Source: Adineta vaga
Taxonomy: Eukaryota; Animalia; Rotifera
NCBI GenBank assembly: GCA_021613535.1
Contig: CP075494.1
Location: 15,190,001-15,254,000 of the forward strand
Length of the DNA: 64,000 bases
Reading direction: 5' to 3'
The notes under the pieces are model-generated. The model was not told where the DNA came from. It ran no database searches and worked only from the letters and a program-made list of their open reading frames with translations. The translations under genes were made by a program, and so were the position numbers. The number at the start of each line of letters is the position of its first letter. Within the stretch, counting starts at the first letter, position 1. This document shows positions 13,037-26,329 of the stretch, piece after piece.

Positions 13037-15385
13037 TTAATCCACATCGAGAAACGATGTACTTCGATATTTGGTTATATTATTTGTACTTTGTCGTTTC
13101 CATTTATCAGCGAGAAATGGAAGCGCCGGTGCTGATAAAGGCGAACTAACTGATATTGAAATGCTTGGTTTTCGTGCCCCATAATGATATTCTAATTTTG
13201 ATAATTGTTGTTTGAATGTGTTTATGGATTCAACATATGTATGAAAAAATTTCGTCACACGATCGTTTAGTAAATGATCGAGATCATCTAATTTCTTAAT
13301 ACGATGTTGTACACTTAATAATTGATCTTGTTCAGCATGTCGTCGTGAATCGGATAAACTTTCATCAAGTAAATTATCTTTTCGTAAGAGTGATTTTCCT
13401 TTATCAATTATTTTTGATAAAGATTCAGGATAATTATCAAGTACAAGCCATAAATCATCTTTCTGTAATGTATATAGATCTGAATAACCCAATGATTTCA
13501 CATTTGCCGTACGACGACAGCCATTTTTCGAACCTAAAATCAAAATCTTCTAAACAAAAATGAAATTCATGAAAAAGAAAACTAACCAGGAATGTTTAAT
13601 ATCGATATTTCACCGAATACAGATCCTTCTTTCAATACTACGAATGTCGTTTTACCATCATCACTAACTACAGCTAATTGTCCACGTTTAATGATATACA
13701 TCTCTTTTCCAATGTCACCTTTTCGACAAACATAATCACCAGGTCCAAAAAATGTCGGCTTCAACTTGGTTACCAATTCAATAAGAAGATTGGGTTCACA
13801 ATCATTGAATAATTTCACCTGTTGAAGTGATTCTAAATGAACTTTAATTGCTAGATCTTTACGTAATTCAATGCTTAAATCCGAATTTAACACCATTTCT
13901 TCATTTAAAACTTGACGATTGGTATATAAATAATCCAACCATTTTATTACTTTTTGTTCGAGTTTTCGATTTACAGAACGAAATTTCATATAACGTTTGA
14001 TTTCATCCATTTTTTCACGAACTTGTTGTCCTATAAGCAACATACAAAACAAATATTTCAGCAAAACGATTTTCTTTCGGTCTATACTCGATTGATTTTG
14101 CGATGAGATCATTGTACCAAGATTACCAATAATTGTTGCAAATATTAGAATACCTAAAATCAACATTATTATTAAAATTCTTGTCTTTCTAAGGAAAACG
14201 ATGGCAGATTTAAAAGTACTATTCGACATCTGTAAGAAACATAGTTAATCTCGTATAAAGGTCTTCTTCAAGTATAATGAGATAGCAAACCTATGGTTTC
14301 TTCACACGAACACCTACCAATCATATAATCAAATAATACAAATACATATTCCGATCGATTTTCTGGTAATGGAACATCTCCGATGGTGCTCAATAGAAGT
14401 GTCGACCAATAAAAACAATATGTGTATAGCATAGCAACAGTTTCATTATGAGCTGTGTCTGGTAATACCCATTTATCACTACCAAAACCAAGATATTGAC
14501 AAATAAGAAAATAAGCACAACAATTCCTAAACAAAAGTTGAATTTTCTATTTTTGCAAACGAATCTTTTTCGTTTACCAATGAATTAATGTTAATGTTAA
14601 ACAAACGAGTATACATATTCGAAATGCATTTGGAAATCTCGTTCGTGATTCAGTTAATTCTTGAAATTGAGAAAGACGATTAATTCGTATGAACCGATTA
14701 CAACGGATTATTGAAACAAAACGCAAACGTGGAAATACATACAGAAGATCTGTTGGGAAAATTGCTAGAAGATCATTTATATAAAACTGTTGTGAAGAAA
14801 AGTAATTTCGAGATAAAACATGATGATTGCGAACAAATAAACCATGACTAAAATAGCCTAGAAGAAAAAAAGGAAATCATCGTATGTAAGAATTTTCTTC
14901 TTACCAGTTCGTGATTGAAAAAAAATATCGATGAGATAAATCAAATCGAATGTATAGTCCAATGAAATCCAGATATATTTGTATTTTCTGTCCAGTTCAG
15001 CAAATGCATAACGAACTGGAATAAAAAGAAAATTGTATGAAACTGCAAGGGAAATGACTGCAAGCCAAAAATGATAGAGACGATGTTGTGGATCGATTAC
15101 AAAACCAGTGCTGAAGAAGAAAACAAGTTCAATGTAAAGAAAACATAATAAAAATGATCGAATTACGCTTCGTAATCTTCATTTCGAATTGGACCTTCAG
15201 TTTTTTTCGATTCTTTTTCTATAAGAGTGGTTTGTTGATCATCATTAACCTGATTTTTTGGACGAAATAAACGTTTACGAAATTTCTATAAATAAAAAGT
15301 AAAATGAAACAAAGATCAAAAGCTTAAGAAATGTAACCTTAAATTTGTTATTTGATAATTCAGTTTGTTGTTCTTGAATTTCCAT
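13037..15385 (-). CDS. Cyclic nucleotide-gated cation channel, alpha-like subunit
   Basis: Pore FYWSTLLLSTIGDVPLP, S6 GILIFATIIGNLGTMIS, C-linker, and CNBD FGPGDYVCRKGDIGKEMYII..FGEISIL..RRTANV. C-terminal coiled coil. Multiple short introns. Confidence 0.93.
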
Positions 15386-15983
15386 GATAATCACCTGAAT
15401 ATGTGATTTCACCTAGGTGGATTAGTTGTTTGAGCAGCAAAAGGAAGGAAATAAAAAGGAACGATAATGACGTTTCCATAGAATTCTTTTCTTTTTCTTC
15501 TTATCATGAAAAAAAGGGATGATGTATGTTCATCATTTTTTCCTCTTCTTCTTCTTCTTTCCCTTTCTTAGCTTAACATGATCTTCAACAGATAAGCACA
15601 TTTCTTTTTCTTCTTATCTTCAAGGAAGAAAAATGTTTCGTATTCATCCCAATAAAAAGAATAAAAGATTTATTAAGAGTACATCTTACATAAAACAAGT
15701 TTTTTTTTGTTGCAGTGTAGGTCAAAGCATTGTCGAGGATCTCAAAAGTGATATATAAGTAATAAGCGATTAGGTATTATCTACTTAGTTGACATATTAT
15801 ATTGATCTGTTATCTTCATGTTCTACACACCTCTTCGTTTATCTATCAACAATTTTATTTGTTCAGATTTATTTACAAACAAAAAATACTTTCAAGAGAT
15901 ATATTTATTAAACAAATAGTGAAACCTAACAGGTCAGATAAAATAAAATACATTTGACTTTTGTTTTCTTTGAGAAATAATCT

Positions 15984-18900
15984 TCAAAGATTATCGAAAA
16001 TTGAAAATATATTTGGTGTTATCTTCTCAAAACTTCCTTTTGATAAACTATTTTCGTCTATTGGCAATGATGGATTTTGTATAAGTGTTGTTGTCGTTCG
16101 TTGACGAACTGTTTGTAAATGAGAATAATCACGTGTAATCACCATGGATGCATATTCAATTTCAATATCAGTTGATAAATCTAAAATACTGAGAACTTTC
16201 TCAATGGGAAATTGTATTGGTAAATATTCAGATATCTGAGCGACCTATAAAAAGAAATGATTAGTAAATTAAGAAGAACGAATGTACGTATTCTATCTTA
16301 CTAATTTCGGTTTAATAAATGGTTTTAATGATTGATCTTTTCGACTGAACATCCAGAGTATCGTTTGAAACCATCCGAAAAAATAATTAACAGGTCGTAG
16401 AGTTTCACTGGCGAATAGTTGTTCAGATGAAGAATTTAAGAAGAAATGAAAAGCATCACTAACAGTCGTATCCTCATTTTTTGATTTCATTACATTTAAT
16501 GATTCTCTCCATGGTTTAACATAAAATATATCATCTAGTTGATTTGTATTTTCATGAAATTCAATAGATAAAAGTGTACATAAAATTAAACTTATTCCAT
16601 AAACATTTGGTTCCAGCATAAAATCATTCGATTTCATATTGAATAGATAAGGAAAAACTTCTTCTAATAAACATCGAGTTGATAAACGTCGTCGAAATAA
16701 AATCAATCCAAATATAAAATAAAGTCCTCGATTTGTTTCATAGACTCCATTTGACGTATTCATATGGATAAATAAACGATTAATAATCGTACTAATTGGA
16801 ATATATTTTGAACAGATATATAATGCACGAGATTGATCACAGGTAAGACATTCATTTAAAATGTACATGTCAAATAATGTTTGAATGAGAGAAGTTGAAG
16901 TTTGAATTGATGATGATATTGGTGTAGTTGGCGAATAATATGGTAGTAATGGATTATCAATAGAATCTGACCATAGTTGACGTTTTATTGCATCAAATAA
17001 TGAGAATAATGTAGAATTTGAACCAGTTGTTGAGATACCTAAGCGAATAGAACATAAAATTGTGTATAGAAGATGTTAAGTTTATTTTCTTACCCATTGT
17101 ATTAATTGTATTTTGAATCCATAATCTTTCATTTTCACTAGCGATTTCATAATTAGCAATAAGCCAAAGAAGTACATGTACAAGTGTTCCATAGGAAACA
17201 TAAGTTAAATAATGAATTAATTGTGTAACAAATTCTTTTGTTTCATCTAATGATAATGATTGAAGTTCTCCAAGGAAAAGAATTGTTTTAGATAAATATT
17301 CTGTATTCGAATATTTCATTTGAATATTTTCATTTGTAAAACATTTGACATCGAATGCAAATTCTTCTTTTTCTATTTTTGATTTTTCATCAAATGAATT
17401 ATTCATTGTTGATAGTAGATCTGTGGAATTTAATGTTGATCCAAATAATGCATGACCAAGATATCTTGATAACCAATATTTTTTTAACCAAATATAAACA
17501 ATAAATTGAGATGATGATGGATTATTGTCAAGATCTATTTGACCGAAATCTTCGGATGTATCATCGGTAATTGATGTGACGTAGCAAAGTAAAAGTAAAG
17601 CAAGATCAAAGCGTGTTTCAATAGACGAAAGTAATAAATGAATAAATGAATAATATTGATCAAGAGCACAGATTAATGGAATAAAATCCGGGAGATTAGT
17701 AATTAAAATATCGAGATTTTGTGGATTATCAGGTTTAGAAAATAGTTCATGAAGAGATTTTTCTAAAGAACGTTGTAATTGAAGAATTTCGAAGGAATAT
17801 GAACCTAAAAATAGAATTAATTCAATCGAAATATTTGAGTAATAAACAACAATGTGCGAATAGATGATTTCGATGAATGAAAAGTAACATACGTGATTGT
17901 TGATTTTGATAAAATTTCTGAATATGTTCAAGATATGGTTGTCGAATTCGTTGAATATAAGCAATTAATTGATTAATTTTCTCTTTATTCTTCGTTTGAA
18001 TTTCGTTATTTGTATAATTTAATGTTGTTTGAAGAAATTGTTCGAAAACATTCTCTACACATAATTCATCCATTCGATTTAAAAGATATTCATTGTATAA
18101 TAAAAATGTTTCTATTGATTGTTTAACTGTATCAAATTGACTTTCCAAACAAGAAGCGAAAATTCGTGGTAATTGAAAATTAATATAGGCAGACCAACGT
18201 TGTTGATATTCGCTATTATTACTTGATATGGATGAAACATATCCACCGAATGATGCTTGAAGAAATCGTAGATAGATTAAATAAGGATTTACAGTTGAAG
18301 AAACATGTTCGTAAAACGAAGAATTACAAGAAATACTGAAGATGATTTATGAAGTTTATTGATCACAAGTAAAGAAACAATTGGATTGAATAATGTAACA
18401 CTAAATTCGACATCTTCCTGATGGAATTCTTCAGATAAATGAAGACGATTTATTCTAAAAACAAAACAAGAACTTCGTTTTTTTTGCGAAATCTCGACGA
18501 TTATTCAATTTACTTGCAAATAACTTGTTCATAAATATCCGTTTGATGAGATTCTCGAAGAATGATTTTCTTTAATGCATGTCCAACATATTCTTGAATT
18601 TGTCGCCATTCTATTTGTTCTCGTTGTGCTTTAATTGTCATTAACCATAAACAATACAATGTTGCATGTGTAAATAACAAAAGAAATAAATTTGAAATTG
18701 ATAATAAAATTTCTTCTTCTTCTTCTTTTATTTCGATTTGTTCATTCGAATAAAAATCGAATGCTGAACAAAGCCATTTCGCTAATAAATTCAATTGTTT
18801 ACCTAATCGAACGGCATGTTCAGCAGTGACATGTTTCGTTTTTAATGTTTCATTTAATAAATCAATTAAATATTTGATTTGAATATCGTTTGCACCTCGT

Positions 18901-19231
18901 GTGGGTGTTAAAGAGAATAAATGTTCGATAACTAAAGTTTCATTGATATAACCGGAACGTGTATGGAATTTGAAATAAGATTGTAGAAGATCTGAAGAGA
19001 TGGCAGAGTCAATATGTGTGAGAATTTGAGCTAAAGATTCAATGAATTGATTAGATGGAGATGAAGGAAAGAAGGAAGGATTATTTTACTTGTAAAGATT
19101 GTACGAAATTCATCTTCGGATCGACATTCTGCAATTAACGGTGCGAGTGAAGCAGAAAAAATCGCATCATTCGAACGTAATTTCCAAGCTTCGACTAATT
19201 TTTCATTTAGTATATTCCCATCCAGCACCAT
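15984..19231 (-). CDS. MED24: Mediator complex subunit 24-like (divergent)
   Basis: LVEAWKLR (cf. ILQAWKER), RWSAYINFQLPRIF (cf. KWTAFTFLKIPQVL), LLNRMDELCVENVF (cf. LLDKADQRCNCDC) and FDLALLLLCYV (cf. FDISFLMLCHV). Multi-exon. Confidence 0.7.
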
Positions 19232-19344
19232 TTTCTCGTGAGAAATATCTAAAAAAAGAATATAATTATTTATTCAATTCAATATTACCGAGATCACAAA
19301 AACGAAACACGCTCGATTAAATAAAAGAATTCGTATTTTTCTTT

Positions 19345-21843
19345 TCATTTGACTACGTAGTTAATGATACGTTCTTCGGGTGGACGATAAGGTAGATTAA
19401 GATATTTAAAAATCGATTCTTCCGTTGGTGTATACAACGGTGTACCCATATTGATTTTCGAATTATTCTAAAGAATAAATTCATTAACATAAGAAAAATT
19501 AAATATTTTACCTTGCGAATAACACCGGTATTCAAACGATGTTGTGACAAATACCTTTGAAATTATAAAATACTTTTTTTTATAATGAATGATTCAAGTC
19601 AATTTCACTTACATGTTATATTTATGTGCAAGATTTCTCATCGAACGATTAAAAAGTGCACTACCAGTAAAATAAAGTAATGCACAGGCATATTCATTAT
19701 GTGGAATAACGATTATATCGAGACGACGATGCTGAAAAAGAAAAATTAAGTAATTTCGATTTCCTATTGAATTGAGATATTACTTTTCTATTTTCACCGG
19801 GTAATAAACATACACCGAAATATTTCACATGAGACCTATGAATTATGTAAAAATATAAACAATCGTTGGGGTCATAAGCAGAAAGTGCATTTTATTGACT
19901 ACATTTTATCTGTTCGGTTCACACCATATTCTTCTTTCTTTTCTTTTCTCTCTCTCTCTCTCTGCAGCTATTCTTTGACCTATTTCCCGTTATTCATTAT
20001 AATTTTACCAGTATGCACGTGTAAAAGAACAAAAGAAAATCGAATACAAATAGATAAAACAAAATCTTCTGATGTTTTTTTAACTTTTCTCTCTCTCTTC
20101 AATGTTGAAAAAAAATCTTAAGTTCATCGGTACTTATTTACGTACCCGCTATCTTCATCGTATTTATCCGATAAAACAAGATCGTCTGTTAAGAAGCCTA
20201 GAAATACATATTTGAATAAAACAGGAAAATAGATTCAATGAAGTTACCAGATTTTTTCAATGAATCAGTCAATGGAATAAGTAAACCTTCATGAGAAATT
20301 CCATCTGTATGTGTTATTAATATATCTACATCTCCGCATGTTGCTTTACCACGACGATATGAACCACATGTTTGAATAATAAGGCCAGGTACTAATGCAA
20401 GTGCATGTTGTTTCACCTATATATCGTTAAACATTCACATGAATAATTCATATTTCAGAGAAATTTACCACGGCTTCAATTTCTGTTACTTCATCACGTG
20501 GTATTCGTTCTAAAAATTCATCATAATATTTCAATCCTACTTGTTGATTTTCAGATAATTTTGCTTTTGTACGTAGATCATCCAAAGTACGAAAACCCTA
20601 TCTCACCAAACGAAACTAATTTGAAAACTTTCTCAACAAAAAAAACGAATCCTTACTTGATCATACCATTGTTTAGCAATATTTGGTCCACATCCCCATA
20701 CATTTCCAAATAAATTAATAACCGTCATATATTCCGATGATTGAAAATCTTCAAGTTTTTCAAAACTTCCCGTATCAATAATTTCCCAAATCTTCTTTGC
20801 AAGACTTTCGCCAATGCCAGGTAATTTAATTATTTCCTAAGATGAGATAAATATAGACAAATCTTTTCAAAGATCATTATTTTAAATACTTCATAAGAAT
20901 CAATTCGATGTGTACAACGACGAATTGTTGTAATTGCTTTTTGATAGGAATATGCACGCCATTTATCTAATATAATAAATAAACAAAGACTAATACGATA
21001 TTTCTCTTTTCTTACCATTAGTTTTGCCATAGAGATCAGACATTGCTTGAAGTTTATCAATAATATCGCGATTGACTTCGGTATTCTTTTTCGCTGTTTG
21101 GGAAGACATCGAACACATCCAATTACCTTTCTAGAATAACAATCTATTGTATCAAACAAGGTATTTATCAAGATCTGTCATACATACGGGTAATTCACCA
21201 TTTTTATACGGATTTTTGACTGTATCGTTATAATCCTAGAACGAGAATAACCTCAAGAATCTGGCATTCTGAATCGTTTACTAACATCATTTATATCATA
21301 ATCATCATCATCGGATGAAAATCGTCTTTGTTTAACTTGTGTTGCACAACCACCTTGTGGTTCATCTTCTGATAATCTTCGTTTTGGTTGATTATGAACA
21401 AATTTCTTCTCTTCTACAGTTGATTCTTGTGTAAAAGATGGTTTTGTTTGTTTACGAATTAATGGTGGACGAATGATATAATCTTTTGTCAATGGAATTA
21501 AACGTTTTTCTTTCAATGAATCACTTAACCATTTGGTTTGAATGACAGTTGGCGATGGTTTCTCATTCGTTTCTTTTGAATCTATTTTTAGTATCGAGAA
21601 CACTTTGGGTACATCGAATTGTTCATCAACAATGATAAAACGAGCATTCTCTGGTGTTGTTAATGATTGTAATTGAAAACGTTGGAGAGCATTGATAAAT
21701 ATTGTTCGTCGTTCTTTTCCAATACCATTTGGTAGGAAATAAAAAGTAGCATGCGGATCAGATGGATTGAATTCAATTGATGAAAGATTTTCATCAAAAT
21801 CATTTCTAGTTGATGATTCATTTGTAAATGAAAGTAAAGACAT
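19345..21843 (-). CDS. POLL: DNA polymerase lambda (X family, N-terminal BRCT domain)
   Basis: [20 protein letters not shown]. 8-kDa domain [12 protein letters not shown]. HhH motif. Catalytic [43 protein letters not shown], and terminal LPYRPPEER. Confidence 0.92.
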
Positions 21844-22079
21844 GAAGACCTATATTTTTACACCGGGATCTTTTCTGATCTAGATCAAAACTCTTTAGAT
21901 TTTTAGATAAAATGATTCATTCATATTTGTAAAACCTGACTTGACAGACAGACAATTTGCTTCAACCATTCAATCAGTATTTTTCTTGACAAATGATAGA
22001 TGGAGTTACTTGTTATAAGAGCAACCGTTTTCGATTCGATATCATTTTACCTTTTTTCTTTATCTTCGTTTGAATAAAC

Positions 22080-22958
22080 ATGTCAATAGTCCCTGAACAA
22101 GCAACAAAACCAACTGGTGACTGGTCTCAATTATTACGAGATAAAATTGTTTTTGTTACTGGTGCGGGTGGAGCTATAGGATCAGCTATTGCACATACAT
22201 GTGCATTACATGGAGCACGTGTTGTCATTGCAGATATTAAGAAAGATGCTGCAGATCAAACTGTGACGAAAATACTCAATGAACATGCAGATAAGAAAGA
22301 TAATGTAATGAGCGTTGAGTTAGATGTAACAAAGGAAGAAGATATTCAAAAGGTTGTGAAAAATGTTGTCGAAAAATGGAAGACAATTGATGTTTTGATT
22401 AATAAGTATATGTTAACAATTGTTTGAATAAATATTAGTATGTTTTTTCTGTTTCGAAGTGCTGCACTGTTCACTTTTGGTGCTGTTGAAGATGTTACCG
22501 CTGATGCATGGACACAAATATTGAATGTGAATGTTCGTGGTTATGCTTTAATGGCTAAAGCTGTTGTTCCTTTTATGAAACAACAACGATCAGGTTCAAT
22601 TATTCAAATGGCTAGTATCAGTAGTTGGGTTGCACAACCAGATTTTGTACCATATAGTACAACAAAAGGTGCTATTTTACAGATGACACGTAATTTAGCA
22701 CTTGATCTAGGTTCATTTAATATTCGATGTAATTCAATTTGTCCTGGTGCAACATTAACACCAGCTTCAGCAAGTCATGCTGCTCATCTGAATATATCAT
22801 TAGATGAACTTGTCGAAGAACAAACGAAAAAACAATGTCTGAAACGATGGGCATCAACACAGGAAATAGCAAATTTTACTGTTTTTTTAGCTTCAGATTT
22901 ATGTCATTTTGCAACGGGTGCTAGTTTTCTTGTTGATGGCGGTTTTACAACGATTTAG
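22080..22958 (+). CDS. Classical short-chain dehydrogenase/reductase, one intron (~22406-22459)
   Basis: VTGAGGAIG, IDVLINNAA, catalytic S..YSTTK, IRCNSICPG and TGASFLVDGG. Head-to-head with POLL (~236 bp gap). Confidence 0.92.
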
Positions 22959-23830
22959 AGACTTTTTAATCGTATATTATCTTTCTATCATTTTTATTTA
23001 TTCAACCTTTTTTCTGTAGCGAATTCAATAAGGTGGAGCTATTCATTTTAATAAAAACATCAGTATGATCACTTTTGGTTGGAAGAGCAATTCTTTTTTT
23101 TTAAATCAAATAGAAATATTTATGAGTATATATGCCGTTCTATCTTATGCTTTCGAAACTTTTGTATATTTGCTGTAAGAGTACATAGAAAATGTTCTGA
23201 TATTAGTCTATCAGGATAAAAATTCATTTATTGTATCAGATTTAACTTGCAGTTTATAACTATTACCGACTCTGAAGATAAATTTTAATTGACCGAGATC
23301 TTTCTGCGAAAATACTTGTTTTTTATAGTTAAAAATGTACCACTCTCTTTCACCATTCTCTCTACAGTTTATTTTAGCTTCATCGACAATATGGTTGCCT
23401 TTTGTATGATGAAAAAAGACATTCTTTTTATTGCTCTTTTGCTCGATGGAGAGTCTTCTTAGGTGGTAGATTTATGAGAACTTGCCTAATAATTATTTTC
23501 ACGGTTGCAAGAAAACGAAAATGAAGAACACAAGTAGTGTTTGATATGTCTCGAATAACTATATTTCATTAAAATGGTTACCAGTGAAATAAGAGAGACC
23601 AAGACGCGTGAATCGACGAAAACTGCGTTGTTTTTGTTACCATTCTTTTTTATGTTGACGAGGTTGTAAATAGAAAGAGAACATTTTTTGAATTATTTTG
23701 CTAAGAAGAAGACGTGAAAAGATTCCATTACTATAATAAAATCGGCGCATCAAAATATATACCCTCATAGATGTAAAAATTGAAGAACAATTGTAGTGTT
23801 TTTTGTCTCATATTATTACATCGTACACAA

Positions 23831-25772
23831 ATGGCTACCAGTAAAACACAATCAACAACAACAAATAATAAATCGGCGAATTCTAATCTTGAATCATTTG
23901 CTTGTCTTTGGGTCGATCAAAATATTCATTCAACAAAAGATAACCGTGACACTCAAGAAGAACTTCGCCAAATTATTAATCATCTACGAACATTTGATAA
24001 TGCAGACGAATGTGAACAATACATTCGACAGATTAAGAATGAAAAAGTTATTCTGATTGTATCGGGAGGTTTAGGCCGAAATATCATTCCTCGAATTCAT
24101 GATCTTTCACAATTCTCAGCATGTTATGTATTCTGTCAAGATAAGAAAGCGAATGAACAATGGGCAAATAACTATCACAAAGTAAAACACTTCAAATTCT
24201 TCCTTTGTACATATCTTTCATTCTTATATTTTAGATCAATGGCATTTTTGTTGAACGTACTAAATTGATCGATCAAATATCGAAAGATCAGACTGCCCGT
24301 GCAAAAGTTGAAGATGGTGTTTCTATCTCTGTTATCCGTTCAGATGTTCAATCTCTTCAAGCTCGAAATGCTATTTTTATGTGGTTTCAATTATTTATCG
24401 AAGTTCTTCTTCGTATGCATCATAAGTCCACGGATCGACAAGAACTTATTGATATTTGCAAAACAAGTTACAAAGGAAATCATGAAGAAATGCAAACAAT
24501 TGCGGAATTTGAAAAGAATTACAAAGCAGAAAATGCAATTTGGTGGTACACACGTGAATCTTGTTTCTATCGCATGATGAACAAAGCTCTGCGTGTACAA
24601 GATTTTGATATGTTATTTGCCTTTCGATTTTTTATTACGGATATTGCAAAGCAGATCAAAAATGAGTATGAAAAATTGATTCGTACTACTGATAGTCGAA
24701 GTATTATTCAAGTCTATCGAGGGCAAGTAATTGAAACGGATGAATTGGAACTGATGAAGAACAGTATTGGTGAATTTGTTTCGATGAATTCATTCTTATC
24801 TACAAGTCGTACTCGTTCGACTGCTCTTCATTTTGCTCGGCTACGATCACCTATGAGTGGTACTGAACAAGTTATTTTTGAGATCAAAATTGATCCACGT
24901 TCACAAACCAAAGCATTTGCTGATATTTCGAAAATCAGTTATTTTCAGAATGAAGATGAAATTTTGATTAGTCTTGGAGCGTTATTTCGCATCGAGAAAG
25001 TGGCCGAAGACAAAAAAGATCGAATATGGATAGCTCAAGTATCTTTGGCAAGTGAAGATGATTTTCATTTGAAAGAGACATTTTCGTTTATGAAAGAGAC
25101 GATTGGAGATGATACGGATTTGGACTCACTTGGAAAAATATTACATGAAATGGGTGAATACGAGCAGTGACAAAAATGTTATGAGCGCATGATGCGAGAT
25201 TTACAAATAAAGACAGGCGATTGTCATATTGGACTTGGCAAAGCTCAAGACTGGCAAAAACGGTCTGATCCGGCACTATCTCACTATGACCGAGCAATGA
25301 AAATACGGCAAGAAGTATTTGGTCCGAAGCACGGAAGTGTAGGAGAAGCCTATTGTTATATTGGAGCTGTACAATGGGATTTGCTGAAAGATTATGATGA
25401 AGCATTGATAAATTTGAAGAAAGCAATAACAATTCTAGAGGAATCTATACCTGTGATTTACTGACTCTAAGTAGGACCTACGGCAATATAGCATCTGCGT
25501 ACTACTTTACAAATAAATATGACATATCTTTAGAGTATTATAATAAATGTCTCATTGTTCAACAAAAGATTCTACCACCTAACCACCCTCAAATTGCTGG
25601 GTCATATAATAACATTGGACATACATATCAGGCAATGTCGGATTATACAAAAGCTCTGGAATACTATAAAAAATCATTAACTATTAATCGGCAAATTTTG
25701 CCACCAACTCACCAAGCCTTAATTCGTACTGAAAATAATATTCGTTTACTAGAGGAACAGATGGAAAACTAA
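23831..25772 (+). pseudogene. Receiver-like domain + R-S-E ADP-ribosyltransferase + TPR repeats; TPR region disrupted
   Basis: ART motifs WWYTRES, VYRGQ, NSFLSTSR and NEDEILI are intact. In-frame TGA at 25168-25170. A 1-nt deletion frameshift near 25453 is followed by further TPRs (YGNIASAY..SLEYYNKCL..HPQIAGSYNNIG) to TAA 25770-25772. Intron ~24182-24234. Confidence 0.8.
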
Positions 25773-26329
25773 TACCACTACTAAATAATCTGCAGTTTAT
25801 TCGAGTGCCTTTCTTTTTTTACTGTGAAGTGTATCACTTATGTTTAAATAAACTTAAAATTTTGACAATTAAAAGATTATGCGAATTTTCTTTCGAAGTT
25901 AGTCTAAAAGTTCGAATCATTTCTCTATCACATACAATTATCACTAATATTATATACTGACCTCAATGATCAAAATGCTGGTCTTCTTAGATATAGAAAT
26001 AAGTGGTCGTGTCATGGTTGTAGTAAATTTTCTCAAATACTATGTAAGCACATATCTGATAACTCTAATAAAAATGACTGCCTTCTTTGTATACATTCAT
26101 TATTCAAGCTAACCAAGCATTGCAGTATCATCATAGTTCATCACGTCAGAATGTATGATGTGATGTACAGTTGATGTTAATTATTAAGTCAAGGTAATAA
26201 ACCAAATCGTTTTCTCATCTCTATTGAAAATATTTAACTGACGATTCATTAGAGAATCAAAACTGTCATTTATAATTTGTTGGTCTTCAGTAAGAAAAAC
26301 ACTAAATACAATAACAAATGATATAAAAA

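Noticed and set aside
25168-25170. In-frame TGA in ART-TPR as selenocysteine or programmed readthrough
   Set aside because: A downstream frameshift also breaks the gene and I saw no SECIS-like element. A nonsense mutation or sequencing error is simpler.
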